From Candidatus Eiseniibacteriota bacterium (GTDB lineage: Bacteria; Eisenbacteria; RBG-16-71-46), in contig OY970342.1 of the NCBI GenBank assembly GCA_963717505.1, positions 937,551 through 1,001,550 of the forward strand: a DNA stretch of 64,000 nt, in the 5' to 3' direction. A program made the translations under genes and the position numbers. The first letter of the stretch is position 1, and the number at the start of each line of letters is the position of its first letter. The notes under the pieces are model-generated. The model was given only the letters and a program-made list of their open reading frames with translations. It was not told the DNA's origin and made no database searches. Positions 19,101-27,996 of this stretch are shown piece after piece.

Positions 19101-21310
19101 CTGGGATCAAGGAACTGGCGGGGAGCGCCCGGATTCAGGTGGCCGCTTCGGGCCCGCTCGGCGCCACTGGAATCAGCGGGGATCTGAAGATCGCGCGGCC
19201 GCACATCAACGAGATCTGGGCCGACAGCGCCGAGGTCCACTTCACGGGATTGATGCACGACACGGTTCTCGCGCGACTCGACGCGACCATCCAGGCCCAC
19301 CGACTGGTGGCCTGGCCGCTGCTGGCCCGAAATATCGATGCCACGGCGGTCTGGGACGGAACCGGCCTGGTCGTGGACAGCCGCTCGGCTCTCGATGACC
19401 GGCGATCGGACCACATCACCGTGCGTCTGGAACCGATGGCGAGTGGGGTCCGCGGCCGCCTGGAGGCGTTCGAGCTCCTTCGCCGTCGCCTGAACGTCAC
19501 ATTGCAGAAGCCCGCGGCGTTCGAATTCAGCGGAATCACGCGGATCGACGATCTGGTCCTGCTCGAGAACGGCGTCCCACGGCTTCGCGTCGATGGCGGC
19601 ATCGACAGCGCAGGGATGGCCGACCTTCGCGTCGACGTCGACTCCCTCGATCTCAGCGACTACCTGGATTTGGCGGGACTGCCGGCCCTCCAGGGCCACC
19701 TCTCCTTCGAGGGTTCCGTCACCGGGCGCCGCGACCGGCCTGTGTTCGATGTCTCGATGCGTGCACGGCTGGTTTCCGGGAAGCGCAAGCCCGCGTGGAT
19801 CACCGGTCGTCTGGCGTGGGCCGACTCCGCGTTCGACCTGACCACCGAGTTCGAGCAGTCCGCCGGCCACCGAATCGCGCTCGAATCGCACCTGCCCCTG
19901 GCGCTCACGCTGGCGCCCGCACGGGGCAGGCCGTTCGTCACAACGCTCGAGGCGCCGATGTCGTCGCGATTCCAGGCGGAGCGCTTCGACTTCTCGTGGT
20001 TCGAGCCGCTGATCTCGCCGCGAGTGGCGCGTCAGCCGCGCGGGTGGCTGAACGGAGACGTGCGAATCCAAGGCGAGCCCGGCATCCCGGAGGTCTCGGG
20101 TTTGCTCGCCCTGACCGAGGCGCAGGTCGAGCTGCCGCCGCTCGGCGTCCGCTATCAACACGGCGAGGCGCGGCTGTCGTTCGCGGGCCGAACCATCACG
20201 CTCGACCGCGCCAGTGTGACTTCCGGCGGCCGTGCCGAAGCCCGGGGCTCGGCGACGTTCCACGGCCGTGGCCGGCGCACGGTGGATCTGACGCTGTCGC
20301 TCGATCGCTTCATTCCGTTGAACACACTCGAAGCCAAGGCCACGCTCTCCGGGGAGGCGACGCTCGCCGGAAACCTGAGCGCCCCGCAGTTGCGCGGCAC
20401 GATCAAAGTGCACAACACCACCACCAACATTGAAACCGGCGGCGAAGCCAACGTCGAGTCGGTCGAGCTGACCGCGCGCGATCGCCTCGACATCAAGGAG
20501 CGCTTTGGCGTTGGAGCCGGCAGCAATGGGCAAGCGACTCCCCCTTTGCTGGATCGGGTGGACGTCGACCTCACGATCGCGATCGGCGACAACGTCTGGG
20601 TTCGGCGGCGCTCCGACCCGGTCGTGGCGCTCGAACTCGAAGGGGATCTGCACGCGCGCAAGCCCGCGGGCGGGGCGCTGGACGCGCGCGGAACTCTCGG
20701 CATCCGCACCGGACGAAGCTTCATGAGCTTCGCCGGGCGGCGCTTCGACCTGACCCACGCCGAGGTCGATCTGCCGGGCCCGTTGGCGGAGGCGCGGGTG
20801 GTGGTCGAGGCTTTCTACTCGCCGCAGACCAGCGGATCGTCGTCGGCCGACGTCGAGGTCACCGCGGTGGTCACGATCGACGCCAACGGCGTGGTCACCG
20901 ACCTGCGGTCGGAACCGTACCTGGATCAATCGGCGTTGCTCAACTACCTGGCGACCGGCCAGGTTCAGGGTGGCATGGAGTCGGGAACTGCCTATGGGCT
21001 CGCGGCCGGTGCGGCATTGGGCGCGGTCGGCGGGGCGGCGGGCCGCAGCCTTGGGCTCGACGTCGTGCAGGTGACCATGGACGCCAACGGCGGGCAGACA
21101 CTGAGCGCGGGCAGCTACATCGACCCGCGCATCTATCTTGGATTCCGCCAGCCGGTGGTTCAGGACCAGACCCGCGGCACCAGCTCGACTTCGGGTGCGA
21201 CCCCAACCGAGTTCGAAGTCGAGCTCGAGGCGCGGCGGAATCTGCTGTTCAACGTCCAGGGCAGCTCGGCGCGGTATCGATTCCTCTTTCGGCCGCGGCT
21301 CGGGAGGTAA
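16181..21310 (+). CDS. TamB/AsmA-family translocation-and-assembly module protein (very large, 1709 aa)
   Basis: N-terminal signal-anchor helix (VLTVLLVPVVLVVVLVAAL). Long repetitive beta-rich periplasm-spanning body. C-terminal DUF490-like end. Immediately followed by an Omp85-family gene. Confidence 0.6.
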   Translation: MTQAPTHPEPRRSTPFPWRPVLTVLLVPVVLVVVLVAALHTPWGMKTVANQALRAVPLWPETRLEAAAARGGFGSGIELYGIRLIAPNGPLAGVIDTLRVSYQLHELLGNPRRVREIRIAGLQLLASRLPRAVAKDRKSRADRRPPQVTLDRLELHRTDLEIHVSSFGRDSVLLVKGLDLTMTDFRLHESTSLALDTLSATLVSPAAPAESLRLAMRGRLTPTRLELDTLSIAGVRTRVTGAGTLPVKGGEGASFVGADFSLYARPLAGADIERFLPFLGNPGDLTLGMVARSRGSRLHATVDARAARGGHVALEATVAAAGGPISLHTDGRVDDLDLGALRGGAADSLVIDASWRAELDGPDRAHLSGPIALTLDGSRVGDLRFDEARIEGALADRRATVNARARGEGFALTVAGWATPLDSIVAYDASAVLSLARVPYPPRSPFSPPPDSLADSTTLFAGDTEIQIRGRGLSADRAQTIATLELRPDSTTPSLLGAGRVAANLDAGVARWRVDLQATSGSIRASGDFGLSPELSYRIHRAEIAGVDIAAFAGDTTASRLDLVLRAEGRGAEPDRIRATAVIDSLALAYGIHRIAGGTATVNLDRGRARFESAVTVDQATVQASGTLEPLSQPKAARIAFDVRDLDLAKVTGDSLLTSQLAGHVRAELRGSDLAAWLGTPTRNAAIESGRGLVRIELEPSSVGDQHIAVFDLRGDLERGTVKLGGRLESSFGEVRLAGTARPFDAVPTLRLTPLAFSSFSPLLLVGRPDPALEFEGRLDAELSGRSLAELSGNLDLVLDGSRVNSMTFDQLAVHSRMGEGTIETHLTARAADDSADVALIGAPFLDPRRLHAAGRIRSVGLASMLGIDSVRAGAGLEFTFDGRQPRGGGVDDLVLSGSVAGNAWLGEARLDTVAGEFNVEHGVAQVPRLALRGNVLNADGGGRVVLPRSRSREATDVRLTGTLDRIELLPPLPGIKELAGSARIQVAASGPLGATGISGDLKIARPHINEIWADSAEVHFTGLMHDTVLARLDATIQAHRLVAWPLLARNIDATAVWDGTGLVVDSRSALDDRRSDHITVRLEPMASGVRGRLEAFELLRRRLNVTLQKPAAFEFSGITRIDDLVLLENGVPRLRVDGGIDSAGMADLRVDVDSLDLSDYLDLAGLPALQGHLSFEGSVTGRRDRPVFDVSMRARLVSGKRKPAWITGRLAWADSAFDLTTEFEQSAGHRIALESHLPLALTLAPARGRPFVTTLEAPMSSRFQAERFDFSWFEPLISPRVARQPRGWLNGDVRIQGEPGIPEVSGLLALTEAQVELPPLGVRYQHGEARLSFAGRTITLDRASVTSGGRAEARGSATFHGRGRRTVDLTLSLDRFIPLNTLEAKATLSGEATLAGNLSAPQLRGTIKVHNTTTNIETGGEANVESVELTARDRLDIKERFGVGAGSNGQATPPLLDRVDVDLTIAIGDNVWVRRRSDPVVALELEGDLHARKPAGGALDARGTLGIRTGRSFMSFAGRRFDLTHAEVDLPGPLAEARVVVEAFYSPQTSGSSSADVEVTAVVTIDANGVVTDLRSEPYLDQSALLNYLATGQVQGGMESGTAYGLAAGAALGAVGGAAGRSLGLDVVQVTMDANGGQTLSAGSYIDPRIYLGFRQPVVQDQTRGTSSTSGATPTEFEVELEARRNLLFNVQGSSARYRFLFRPRLGR

Positions 21311-21361
21311 GGTCTGCGCCGGTCGTTCGGGTGGGCGGTCGTCGCCACGGCGCTGGCGGGC

Positions 21362-23479
21362 TTGGGGTTCGCGACCGGCGTCCGGGCCCAGGGCCTCCAC
21401 CTCGCCCCGGATGCGGAAGTGCGCTCGCTGAAGTTCCGGTTCGCCGGCAAGCACGAGCTGATGGGGTCGGATCTGGCCGGAGTGATCGCCACCGCCGGGC
21501 CCGGCTCGTTCCGTGGGCTGCAGGTCGCCACCGCGTGGATCCCCTTCCTTCCGGATCCCAAGCCGCTTCCGTTCGACCCGGTCCGCCTCCAGGAGGACGT
21601 CGTTCGGATCCGGCGCCACTACCGGCGGCAGGGATTCCCGTCGGCAACTGTCGACTACGACGTGAGCACCGATCGCAATAGACGCCGGGTCGACGTGACG
21701 TTCCTGATCGATGAAGGTCCGGCGCTTCGAATCCGCAGTCTGACCATGGCGGGTCCCGGCGGTGACGAGGCCGTTCCGATCCCGGACGCCGAGCGACAGG
21801 AGATTCGCGAGGAATGGGGCCGGGTGCAGTCGCGATACCTCGGGCGCCGCGTCCGCCAAGAGGAAATCGTTCATCTTCAGAATGGGCTGATGTCGTTCCT
21901 CGCCGACCGAGGTTATGCGAAACCGGCGATCGAGCCGCGCGCCCTGATCGACTCGATCGGCGGCCACGTGGACATCGTGTTGCAGGTGACCCCCGGGCCG
22001 CGCACCCGGGTGTCCTCGATCGAGGTCGAAGGCGCCCATTCGGTTCCGGAAAGGATCGTCGAGCGACAGCTCGGCTTCGAGGCTGGCGACTGGACGTCGA
22101 AGAAGCACCTCGAACGCGGCCGGGCGAATCTGCTCACCGTGGAGCTCTTTCGTCGGGCGGACGTGCACCTCACGGGTTCAGTCGGCGACAGCGCCGTGCC
22201 GGTGAAGGTCCAAATTGGCGAGGACCGGCCACGGTTCACCAACATCGAAGTCGGATACGTCACGGACGGCGCCGGCATCACCGGCCAGGTGCGCTGGACC
22301 CACCCCAACTTCACCGGTGGAGCGCGTAGTCTCAACACCATCGGCCTGTTTCAGTCGGGATGGGGCTCGACCAGCGACGTCAAGGACCGGCTGGCGCGCG
22401 CGACCATCGTGCTCAATCAGCCCTACGTCGGCGCGCCCGAACTGTCACTCGGCTTCGGACCCTCGTTCGAATTCCGGGACGGGAACATCGACCGCTCGGT
22501 CGCCTACACGCTGCAGAGCACGCTGGTCTGGCGGTTCAATACGCTCCAGTCCGCCGCATTGCGCTACGAATTCACCTACCGGCAAGTCGACGAATCGCGC
22601 TCCGTCGAGCTGACTTCCGACACGCGATCGCCGCAGACGCTGCGCGCCATCGGGGGCCAAGCGCTGCTCGATTCCCTGAGCCAACCGGTGCTCAGCAGCT
22701 TGTTCAGTTTGTCCACCAGCCTGGGCGGTCTCGACGATATCGCGCGCCCACAGCGCGGCCTGGTGCTCAAACCGTACCTGTCCATCACCGCGCCTTCGCC
22801 CTGGGGCTCGATCGAGTTCGGCCGGGTGGACCTGCAGGCCACGACCTTCGTGCCAATGCCTGGTCGTTCGAATGCGGTCATGTTGCGCGGCAACTTCGGC
22901 GGACTGTGGCCGTTCGGCAAGAGCATTCCGGACCCGGGTGAGTTGCCGATCATCGAGCTGTCACGCATGCGCGACTACGTTCTGACCGCGGGTGGCGCCA
23001 ACGACGTTCGAGGCTACGCCACCCGCATGCTCGGGCCCAAGATTCCCCGGGTCGAAGCTACTTTGTCGGGCGCGGACACGGTCCTGGTTGCGGACGAATA
23101 CGTCGAATTCGGTGGGCTGCGCCGTTGGACCGGGACCGTCGAATTCCGCATTGGGATGCCGTGGATCTCGCGCGACGTCTTCGCGCACCTGTTCGGCGAC
23201 GCCGGGCGCGTCTGGACCTCCGACCCGCGATTCCTGCCGACCAACACCATCAGCGACGAGCAGCGTGTGTTCTATGCGACCGGCGGCGGGATCGGCTACT
23301 ACACCCCGGTCGGCGCCATTCGCTTCGACGTCGGCTACAAGCTGAACCCGTCGCTGCTGGACGAGCGCGATCCGCAGGACGTGCTGAACGCCTTGATCGC
23401 CGGTCAGCCGCCGTCGGCCGCCCGCGTCGATCCCTGGCGACGCTACGCCTTTCACTTCGCGCTGGGGCTGTTCTTCTAG
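21362..23479 (+). CDS. Omp85-family outer membrane protein (BamA/TamA-like) with POTRA domains
   Basis: POTRA-like repeats followed by a 16-strand-type beta-barrel ending ...YAFHFALGLFF (C-terminal Phe). A signal-peptide-like stretch (RRSFGWAVVATALAGLGFATGVRAQG) lies in frame upstream of the first ATG, so the true start may be non-canonical. The ATG at 21362 is reported. Confidence 0.75.
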   Translation: MGFATGVRAQGLHLAPDAEVRSLKFRFAGKHELMGSDLAGVIATAGPGSFRGLQVATAWIPFLPDPKPLPFDPVRLQEDVVRIRRHYRRQGFPSATVDYDVSTDRNRRRVDVTFLIDEGPALRIRSLTMAGPGGDEAVPIPDAERQEIREEWGRVQSRYLGRRVRQEEIVHLQNGLMSFLADRGYAKPAIEPRALIDSIGGHVDIVLQVTPGPRTRVSSIEVEGAHSVPERIVERQLGFEAGDWTSKKHLERGRANLLTVELFRRADVHLTGSVGDSAVPVKVQIGEDRPRFTNIEVGYVTDGAGITGQVRWTHPNFTGGARSLNTIGLFQSGWGSTSDVKDRLARATIVLNQPYVGAPELSLGFGPSFEFRDGNIDRSVAYTLQSTLVWRFNTLQSAALRYEFTYRQVDESRSVELTSDTRSPQTLRAIGGQALLDSLSQPVLSSLFSLSTSLGGLDDIARPQRGLVLKPYLSITAPSPWGSIEFGRVDLQATTFVPMPGRSNAVMLRGNFGGLWPFGKSIPDPGELPIIELSRMRDYVLTAGGANDVRGYATRMLGPKIPRVEATLSGADTVLVADEYVEFGGLRRWTGTVEFRIGMPWISRDVFAHLFGDAGRVWTSDPRFLPTNTISDEQRVFYATGGGIGYYTPVGAIRFDVGYKLNPSLLDERDPQDVLNALIAGQPPSAARVDPWRRYAFHFALGLFF

Positions 23480-23499
23480 CGCGCCCCAGGCCGCGGCGG

Positions 23500-25683
23500 C
23501 TAGAACCGGGCGCCGAGCTGGAAGTCGAATCGGCGATGCCCGGCCGAGCTCGCACCCCACTCCACACGCAAAGGACCGGTCGGCAGGTCGATCTCGGCGC
23601 CCAGACCGATTCCGCCCACCGGATCCGGCCCCAGGTCGGCTCCGCTCACCGCGTCGTTGACCCGGCCCGACTGAATCCCGAGATAGGCGCGCGCCTGGCG
23701 GCCGGCTTCCACGGCCAGCTCGAGCGAGATTGCTCCGGCCGTGCGGCCCAACCACTCGTCGTGGCGCAGACCGGAGAGCGAGCGCGGTCCACCGAGGCCG
23801 ACCAGCGCGTCGGGCGGCACGTTGCCCTCGACGGCGCCGTAGCGTGCGCCCGGAGTCAGTGCCAGGAAGCGGTAGCGAAGGTCGAAGTCGAACACGGCCA
23901 GCATGCGCGAGTAGCCGTCGTCTCCCATCGCCCACTCCACGTCCAGGGTCCGCTCGCCTCCACCCAGCGACTGCGTGCGCAGCGCCATCATCAACCCACT
24001 CCACCCCGGGCTGGGTCGCGCGATGTCGGCCACGCCCACGCCCCCCTGGAACACCTGCCGGGTCGCGAGCCCGACCTGGCCGCCGCCGAACAACTCGAAG
24101 CGGTTGGTCCGCAACGTGCGCACCGGCTCGCGTCCTTCGAACACGCGCGTGCGCATTTCGTGATAGCGACCGCGCACGAACCACCCATGGTTCCCCTGGT
24201 CGAGCGCGTAGGGCTCGAGGCTGCCGTGCAGGTTCCATCCGAGCGGGCGGAGTCCCCAACCGACCTTGCCCAGCGAAGGCCATGGGCCACGCAACGGACG
24301 AATCGTCGTACCGACGTGCACGCTGGCGCCCTCGTCGTTGTTGATGTCGAAGGCAGGGCCGACGGCGACCACCGGCCGCTCGCGCACCTCGAACGACAAC
24401 ACGGTCGAGTCGCCGCGATTGGTGAGTGTCGGCCACGCGCTTTCGAACAGGCCGCTGCGCGCCAGCCGGCGCAGCGCCGGCTTGAGATCCGAAGCCAGGA
24501 ATGGCCCCTCCGGCAGACGGCCGAGAACGGCGTGCGCGACCGCGCCGCGCCGCACTTCGCCACGGCCGTGCCACTCGACGCCGGCCGACAGGGGCGGCAG
24601 GATCGGCGCCGGCGGCACCAGCGGCGTCGTCGCACGCGGGAGACCGGAGCGTCGCGCCCACGAGCGCACCGGCTCAACCGCCTCGCGATAGCCCTCCTCC
24701 ATGATGCTCGCGCCGGCCGAGAAGTCCGACGCTCCCGAATTGGGGATGCGCAGCCAGATCAGGGTGTCGCCGGCGGCGGTCGATATGGTGTCGTTCTGTC
24801 CGCGCTTGTTGAGGATGTCCCACAATTGGAGAAACACGGTGACGCCCGACGACGATTCGTTGAGTTCCGGGTAGGGCAACGCCACGTCGACGGCCAGCAC
24901 CCGCTCGGCGCCGGCGGCACGCGCGGGACTGATCGGCAGGTTGCTCGACATACCACCGTCGACCAGCAGGGCCTCGCCCTCGGCGACCGGCGGGAACACG
25001 AGCGGCAGGCCGGAAGTGATGCGACACGCGCGCGCCAGGCTGCCGTGATCGAGCATGTACCAGCGGCCGGTACGCACGTCGGTGCCGATGGTGCGGAACG
25101 GAATCGGCAGGCGGTCGAAGTCGCCCTGGGCCGCGGCGTCGGCGTTCAGGAACAGTTCGGTCAGCACCTGGTTGATGACCGTGTTGTCCACCAGTGATGC
25201 CGGAATCTGGAGTCCGTTGCCGCTGCCCGCGACCAGCTCGAACCACGGTCGCGGCCACACGCTGCGCCACTGATAGGCGTTGGGTACCCCGCCGAAGATC
25301 AAATCCCACGGGATCACCTTGAGGATCTTGCGCAAGCTGTCGGGCGAATAGCCGGCGCAATACATGGCGCCGACCAGGCCACCCATGCTCGAACCAACGA
25401 CCAGGTCCGGCCGCACGCCCTCCTCTTCGAGAGCCTGGATGACGCCGCCGTGCGCGAACCCGCGCGCGATGCCGCCCGAGAGCACCAGCGCCCAGCGTGG
25501 AGTGCGCGCGATCGTGGATCCGGAATCCGCAGGTGAGACGGCGGTGTCGGGAACGGCAGTGGCGGAGGAGTCGGGTAACACGGCCGCGCTGTCAGGTTCC
25601 GCAGCCGACCCGAAAGTGGCGACACCCAACAGCGCGGCCAGCACTGCGGGGGCGAGCCCGCAGCAGAGAGTCCTGAGGCGCAT
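23500..25683 (-). CDS. Patatin-like phospholipase fused to an Omp85-type beta-barrel (PlpD-like, type Vd secretion architecture)
   Basis: Signal peptide from the second Met. Patatin hallmarks: Gly-rich GGIARG, nucleophile elbow GSSMGG, catalytic DGG. C-terminal beta-barrel ending ...FDFQLGARF. Confidence 0.75.
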   Translation of the reverse strand: MRLRTLCCGLAPAVLAALLGVATFGSAAEPDSAAVLPDSSATAVPDTAVSPADSGSTIARTPRWALVLSGGIARGFAHGGVIQALEEEGVRPDLVVGSSMGGLVGAMYCAGYSPDSLRKILKVIPWDLIFGGVPNAYQWRSVWPRPWFELVAGSGNGLQIPASLVDNTVINQVLTELFLNADAAAQGDFDRLPIPFRTIGTDVRTGRWYMLDHGSLARACRITSGLPLVFPPVAEGEALLVDGGMSSNLPISPARAAGAERVLAVDVALPYPELNESSSGVTVFLQLWDILNKRGQNDTISTAAGDTLIWLRIPNSGASDFSAGASIMEEGYREAVEPVRSWARRSGLPRATTPLVPPAPILPPLSAGVEWHGRGEVRRGAVAHAVLGRLPEGPFLASDLKPALRRLARSGLFESAWPTLTNRGDSTVLSFEVRERPVVAVGPAFDINNDEGASVHVGTTIRPLRGPWPSLGKVGWGLRPLGWNLHGSLEPYALDQGNHGWFVRGRYHEMRTRVFEGREPVRTLRTNRFELFGGGQVGLATRQVFQGGVGVADIARPSPGWSGLMMALRTQSLGGGERTLDVEWAMGDDGYSRMLAVFDFDLRYRFLALTPGARYGAVEGNVPPDALVGLGGPRSLSGLRHDEWLGRTAGAISLELAVEAGRQARAYLGIQSGRVNDAVSGADLGPDPVGGIGLGAEIDLPTGPLRVEWGASSAGHRRFDFQLGARF

Positions 25684-25843
25684 CGAACCAGGTCCGTTCA
25701 GTAGGGGTCGGGAGCGATCGAAGCCCGACACGCTAGCACGCCAACACGAAATCGCCAGTCGTGAGTCGAGCCTTGACTCGCGCGCAGCGAGAGCGGAACA
25801 TGACGCGTTCGCGCAGTCGCCGCCTCACTTCGGCCGAGCCACG

Positions 25844-26815
25844 ATGACGCATTCGCTTCGATTCCTCGCTGCCATCCTGCTCCTCGGACTCTCCGGCTGC
25901 TCGCAGGCAGGGTTCGTCCCCGAGTCGTCGCCCATGCCGGCGGCGCGTGCCGGGCTCGAGCCTGAGTACCGCATCTTCTACGACTCGCTGATCGATCACG
26001 GCGATTGGATCCTGATCGAGCCGCTCGGCTTCGTGTTCCGCCCGCGCGTCAATTTCGTCGCCTGGCAGCCGTACGACGACGGCTTCTGGGTGCCGACCGA
26101 TCTCTACGGCTGGGTCTGGGTGTCGTCGGAGCCATTCGGGTGGGCGACGTACCACTACGGTCGCTGGTTCTACGACGACTACCGCGGCTGGGTCTGGGTT
26201 CCGGGTCTCGACTGGGGACCGGCGTGGGTGAACTGGTACGCGGTCGATTCCTACGTCGGCTGGTCGCCGCGACTGGCGGCGGGATCGAGCCCTCTGCCTG
26301 AGGCCGCGTGGTCGTTCGTCACCGTCGATCGACTGGCCGCGCCCAACGTCGGCGAATTGCGGGTCGAGCGCGAACAACTCGGCCCCGCGGCGGCACGCCT
26401 GCAGCGCATCGACACCCAAGTCGAAGTGAACGGCGTCGTCGTTCCGGCCGGGCCGCGCTTCCAGGACGTCGAGCGCGTCGCCGGACCTTTGACTCGCGTC
26501 AAGATCCAGGACCTGGTGGCGCCCGGTGCTGTCGGGGCGCCGCGCGAGGGGTCCGGCGCTGGTAAGAAGGCCGAACGCGAGAACGCGAAGGACGCGGAGA
26601 CTGCCTCGCCGAATCCGGAACTGCGCCGGGCCGGCGAGCAGGCGGCACGCGAGGCGCAGTCGATGATCAGTCGCAAGCAAGTCGGCTCGGTGGTTCCAGT
26701 GGTGCGGCCGATCGGCGTGCCCGACGCCCGGCCGCCCGCGAAGACGAGCGCCGGAAAGAAAGGTCCGCCGCCGCCCAAGACCCGCTCCAGCGCGCCACCG
26801 GACTCGGCCCGCTGA
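25844..26815 (+). CDS. Lipoprotein with Trp/Tyr-rich repeats and a Lys/Pro-rich C-terminal tail
   Basis: Lipobox LLGLSGCS. Repeated Y/W..GW.W motifs (DLYGWVWVSSEPFGWATYHYGRWFYDDYRGWVWVPGLDWGPAWVNWY). No confident family assignment. Confidence 0.5.
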   Translation: MTHSLRFLAAILLLGLSGCSQAGFVPESSPMPAARAGLEPEYRIFYDSLIDHGDWILIEPLGFVFRPRVNFVAWQPYDDGFWVPTDLYGWVWVSSEPFGWATYHYGRWFYDDYRGWVWVPGLDWGPAWVNWYAVDSYVGWSPRLAAGSSPLPEAAWSFVTVDRLAAPNVGELRVEREQLGPAAARLQRIDTQVEVNGVVVPAGPRFQDVERVAGPLTRVKIQDLVAPGAVGAPREGSGAGKKAERENAKDAETASPNPELRRAGEQAAREAQSMISRKQVGSVVPVVRPIGVPDARPPAKTSAGKKGPPPPKTRSSAPPDSAR

Positions 26816-26838
26816 GCGCGCTCCACACCGTTCCGCTC

Positions 26839-27996
26839 GTGACGCCGGATCGCGCACCCGCCGAGCGCATACGCGCTCATGCGCTCGAGCTGGGCTTCGA
26901 CGACGTCGGCATCGCTCGCGCCGAACCCACTCGCCACGCCGGCCACTACCCCGACTGGATCGCGGCCGGACGGCACGGCGACATGGTCTGGATGGCGAGC
27001 GATCGGCATCGCGAACGGCGCGCCGAACCTGCACGCCTCCTGCCTGGATTGCGTTCGATCGTGTGCGTGGCGCTGTGCTACGAGCCGACACTCGACGAGA
27101 CACGCGCGCAGCGCCTCGGACGCATCGCTCGCTACGCGGGTGGCGAGGACTACCATCGCGTGATGCGCGACCGCCTCGGGGCGCTCGAGTCCTTCATTCA
27201 CGACCTGCTGCCGGGGGTGCGCACGCTCGGCTACTCCGACACCGGCGCGCTGCTCGAGCGCGGGCACGCCGAGGCCGCCGGGCTTGGCTGGATCGGCAAG
27301 CATTCGGGGCTCCTGTCGCGCCGCCTCGGCTCGTGGTTCCTGCTGGGCGAGCTTCTGGTCGACCACGAGCTGGAACCGGACACCCCTATCGAGCGCGAGC
27401 ACTGCGGAACCTGCCGGCGTTGCATCGATGTCTGTCCGACCGGCGCGATCGTCGCCCCGTATCAGGTGGACGCGCGGCTGTGCATCTCGTACCTGACCAT
27501 CGAGCTGCGTGGTCCCATTCCGCGTGAATTGCGTCCGAGAATCGGCGATTGGATCTTCGGCTGCGACCTGTGCCAGGACGTCTGCCCGTGGAACCGATTC
27601 GCTCCGGCGGCGCGCGAGGCCCGGCTGCATGCGCGCACGCTCGAAGGCTGGTCGCTCGAGCGCTTCCTCGAGCTCGACGACGACGGCTTCGCCCGGCTGT
27701 TCGCGACCAGCCCGATCCGCCGCGCGCGGCGCGCGGGGTTCCAGCGCAACGTGTGCGTGGCCCTCGGCAACCGCCGCGACCCAGGAGCGATTCCCGCCCT
27801 GATGCGCGCGACGGCCGACGGTTCGTCGCTGGTCCGCGGCCATGCCACCTGGGCACTCGGCGAAATCGCCCGTCAGCACGCCGACCGCCGAGTCGAAGTC
27901 CGCGTCGCGCTGGACCGCCTCGCGGCGAACGATCCGGATCCCTTCGTGGTCGAGGAAGCTGCGATCGCAGTCTCTGCGCTCGCGGAACTCTCGTGA
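26839..27996 (+). CDS. queG: Epoxyqueuosine reductase
   Basis: QueG-specific layout: N-terminal cobalamin-binding region; two 4Fe-4S motifs (CGTCRRCIDVCPTGA and CISYLTIE...CDLCQDVCPWN); C-terminal HEAT-like repeats. GTG start. Confidence 0.85.
   Translation: MTPDRAPAERIRAHALELGFDDVGIARAEPTRHAGHYPDWIAAGRHGDMVWMASDRHRERRAEPARLLPGLRSIVCVALCYEPTLDETRAQRLGRIARYAGGEDYHRVMRDRLGALESFIHDLLPGVRTLGYSDTGALLERGHAEAAGLGWIGKHSGLLSRRLGSWFLLGELLVDHELEPDTPIEREHCGTCRRCIDVCPTGAIVAPYQVDARLCISYLTIELRGPIPRELRPRIGDWIFGCDLCQDVCPWNRFAPAAREARLHARTLEGWSLERFLELDDDGFARLFATSPIRRARRAGFQRNVCVALGNRRDPGAIPALMRATADGSSLVRGHATWALGEIARQHADRRVEVRVALDRLAANDPDPFVVEEAAIAVSALAELS

Noticed and set aside
21311-21361. Possible N-terminal extension of the Omp85 gene (in-frame signal-peptide-like RRSFGWAVVATALAGLGFATGVRAQG with only a CTG as candidate start)
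   Set aside because: No ATG, GTG or TTG is in frame before 21362, so the canonical ATG is reported. It is kept as a note because a non-canonical start or a 1-bp assembly error is possible.
25733-27103. 456-aa minus-strand ORF overlapping the Trp-rich lipoprotein and queG
   Set aside because: Arg-rich composition with no domain. The plus-strand genes have a lipobox and QueG motifs respectively.
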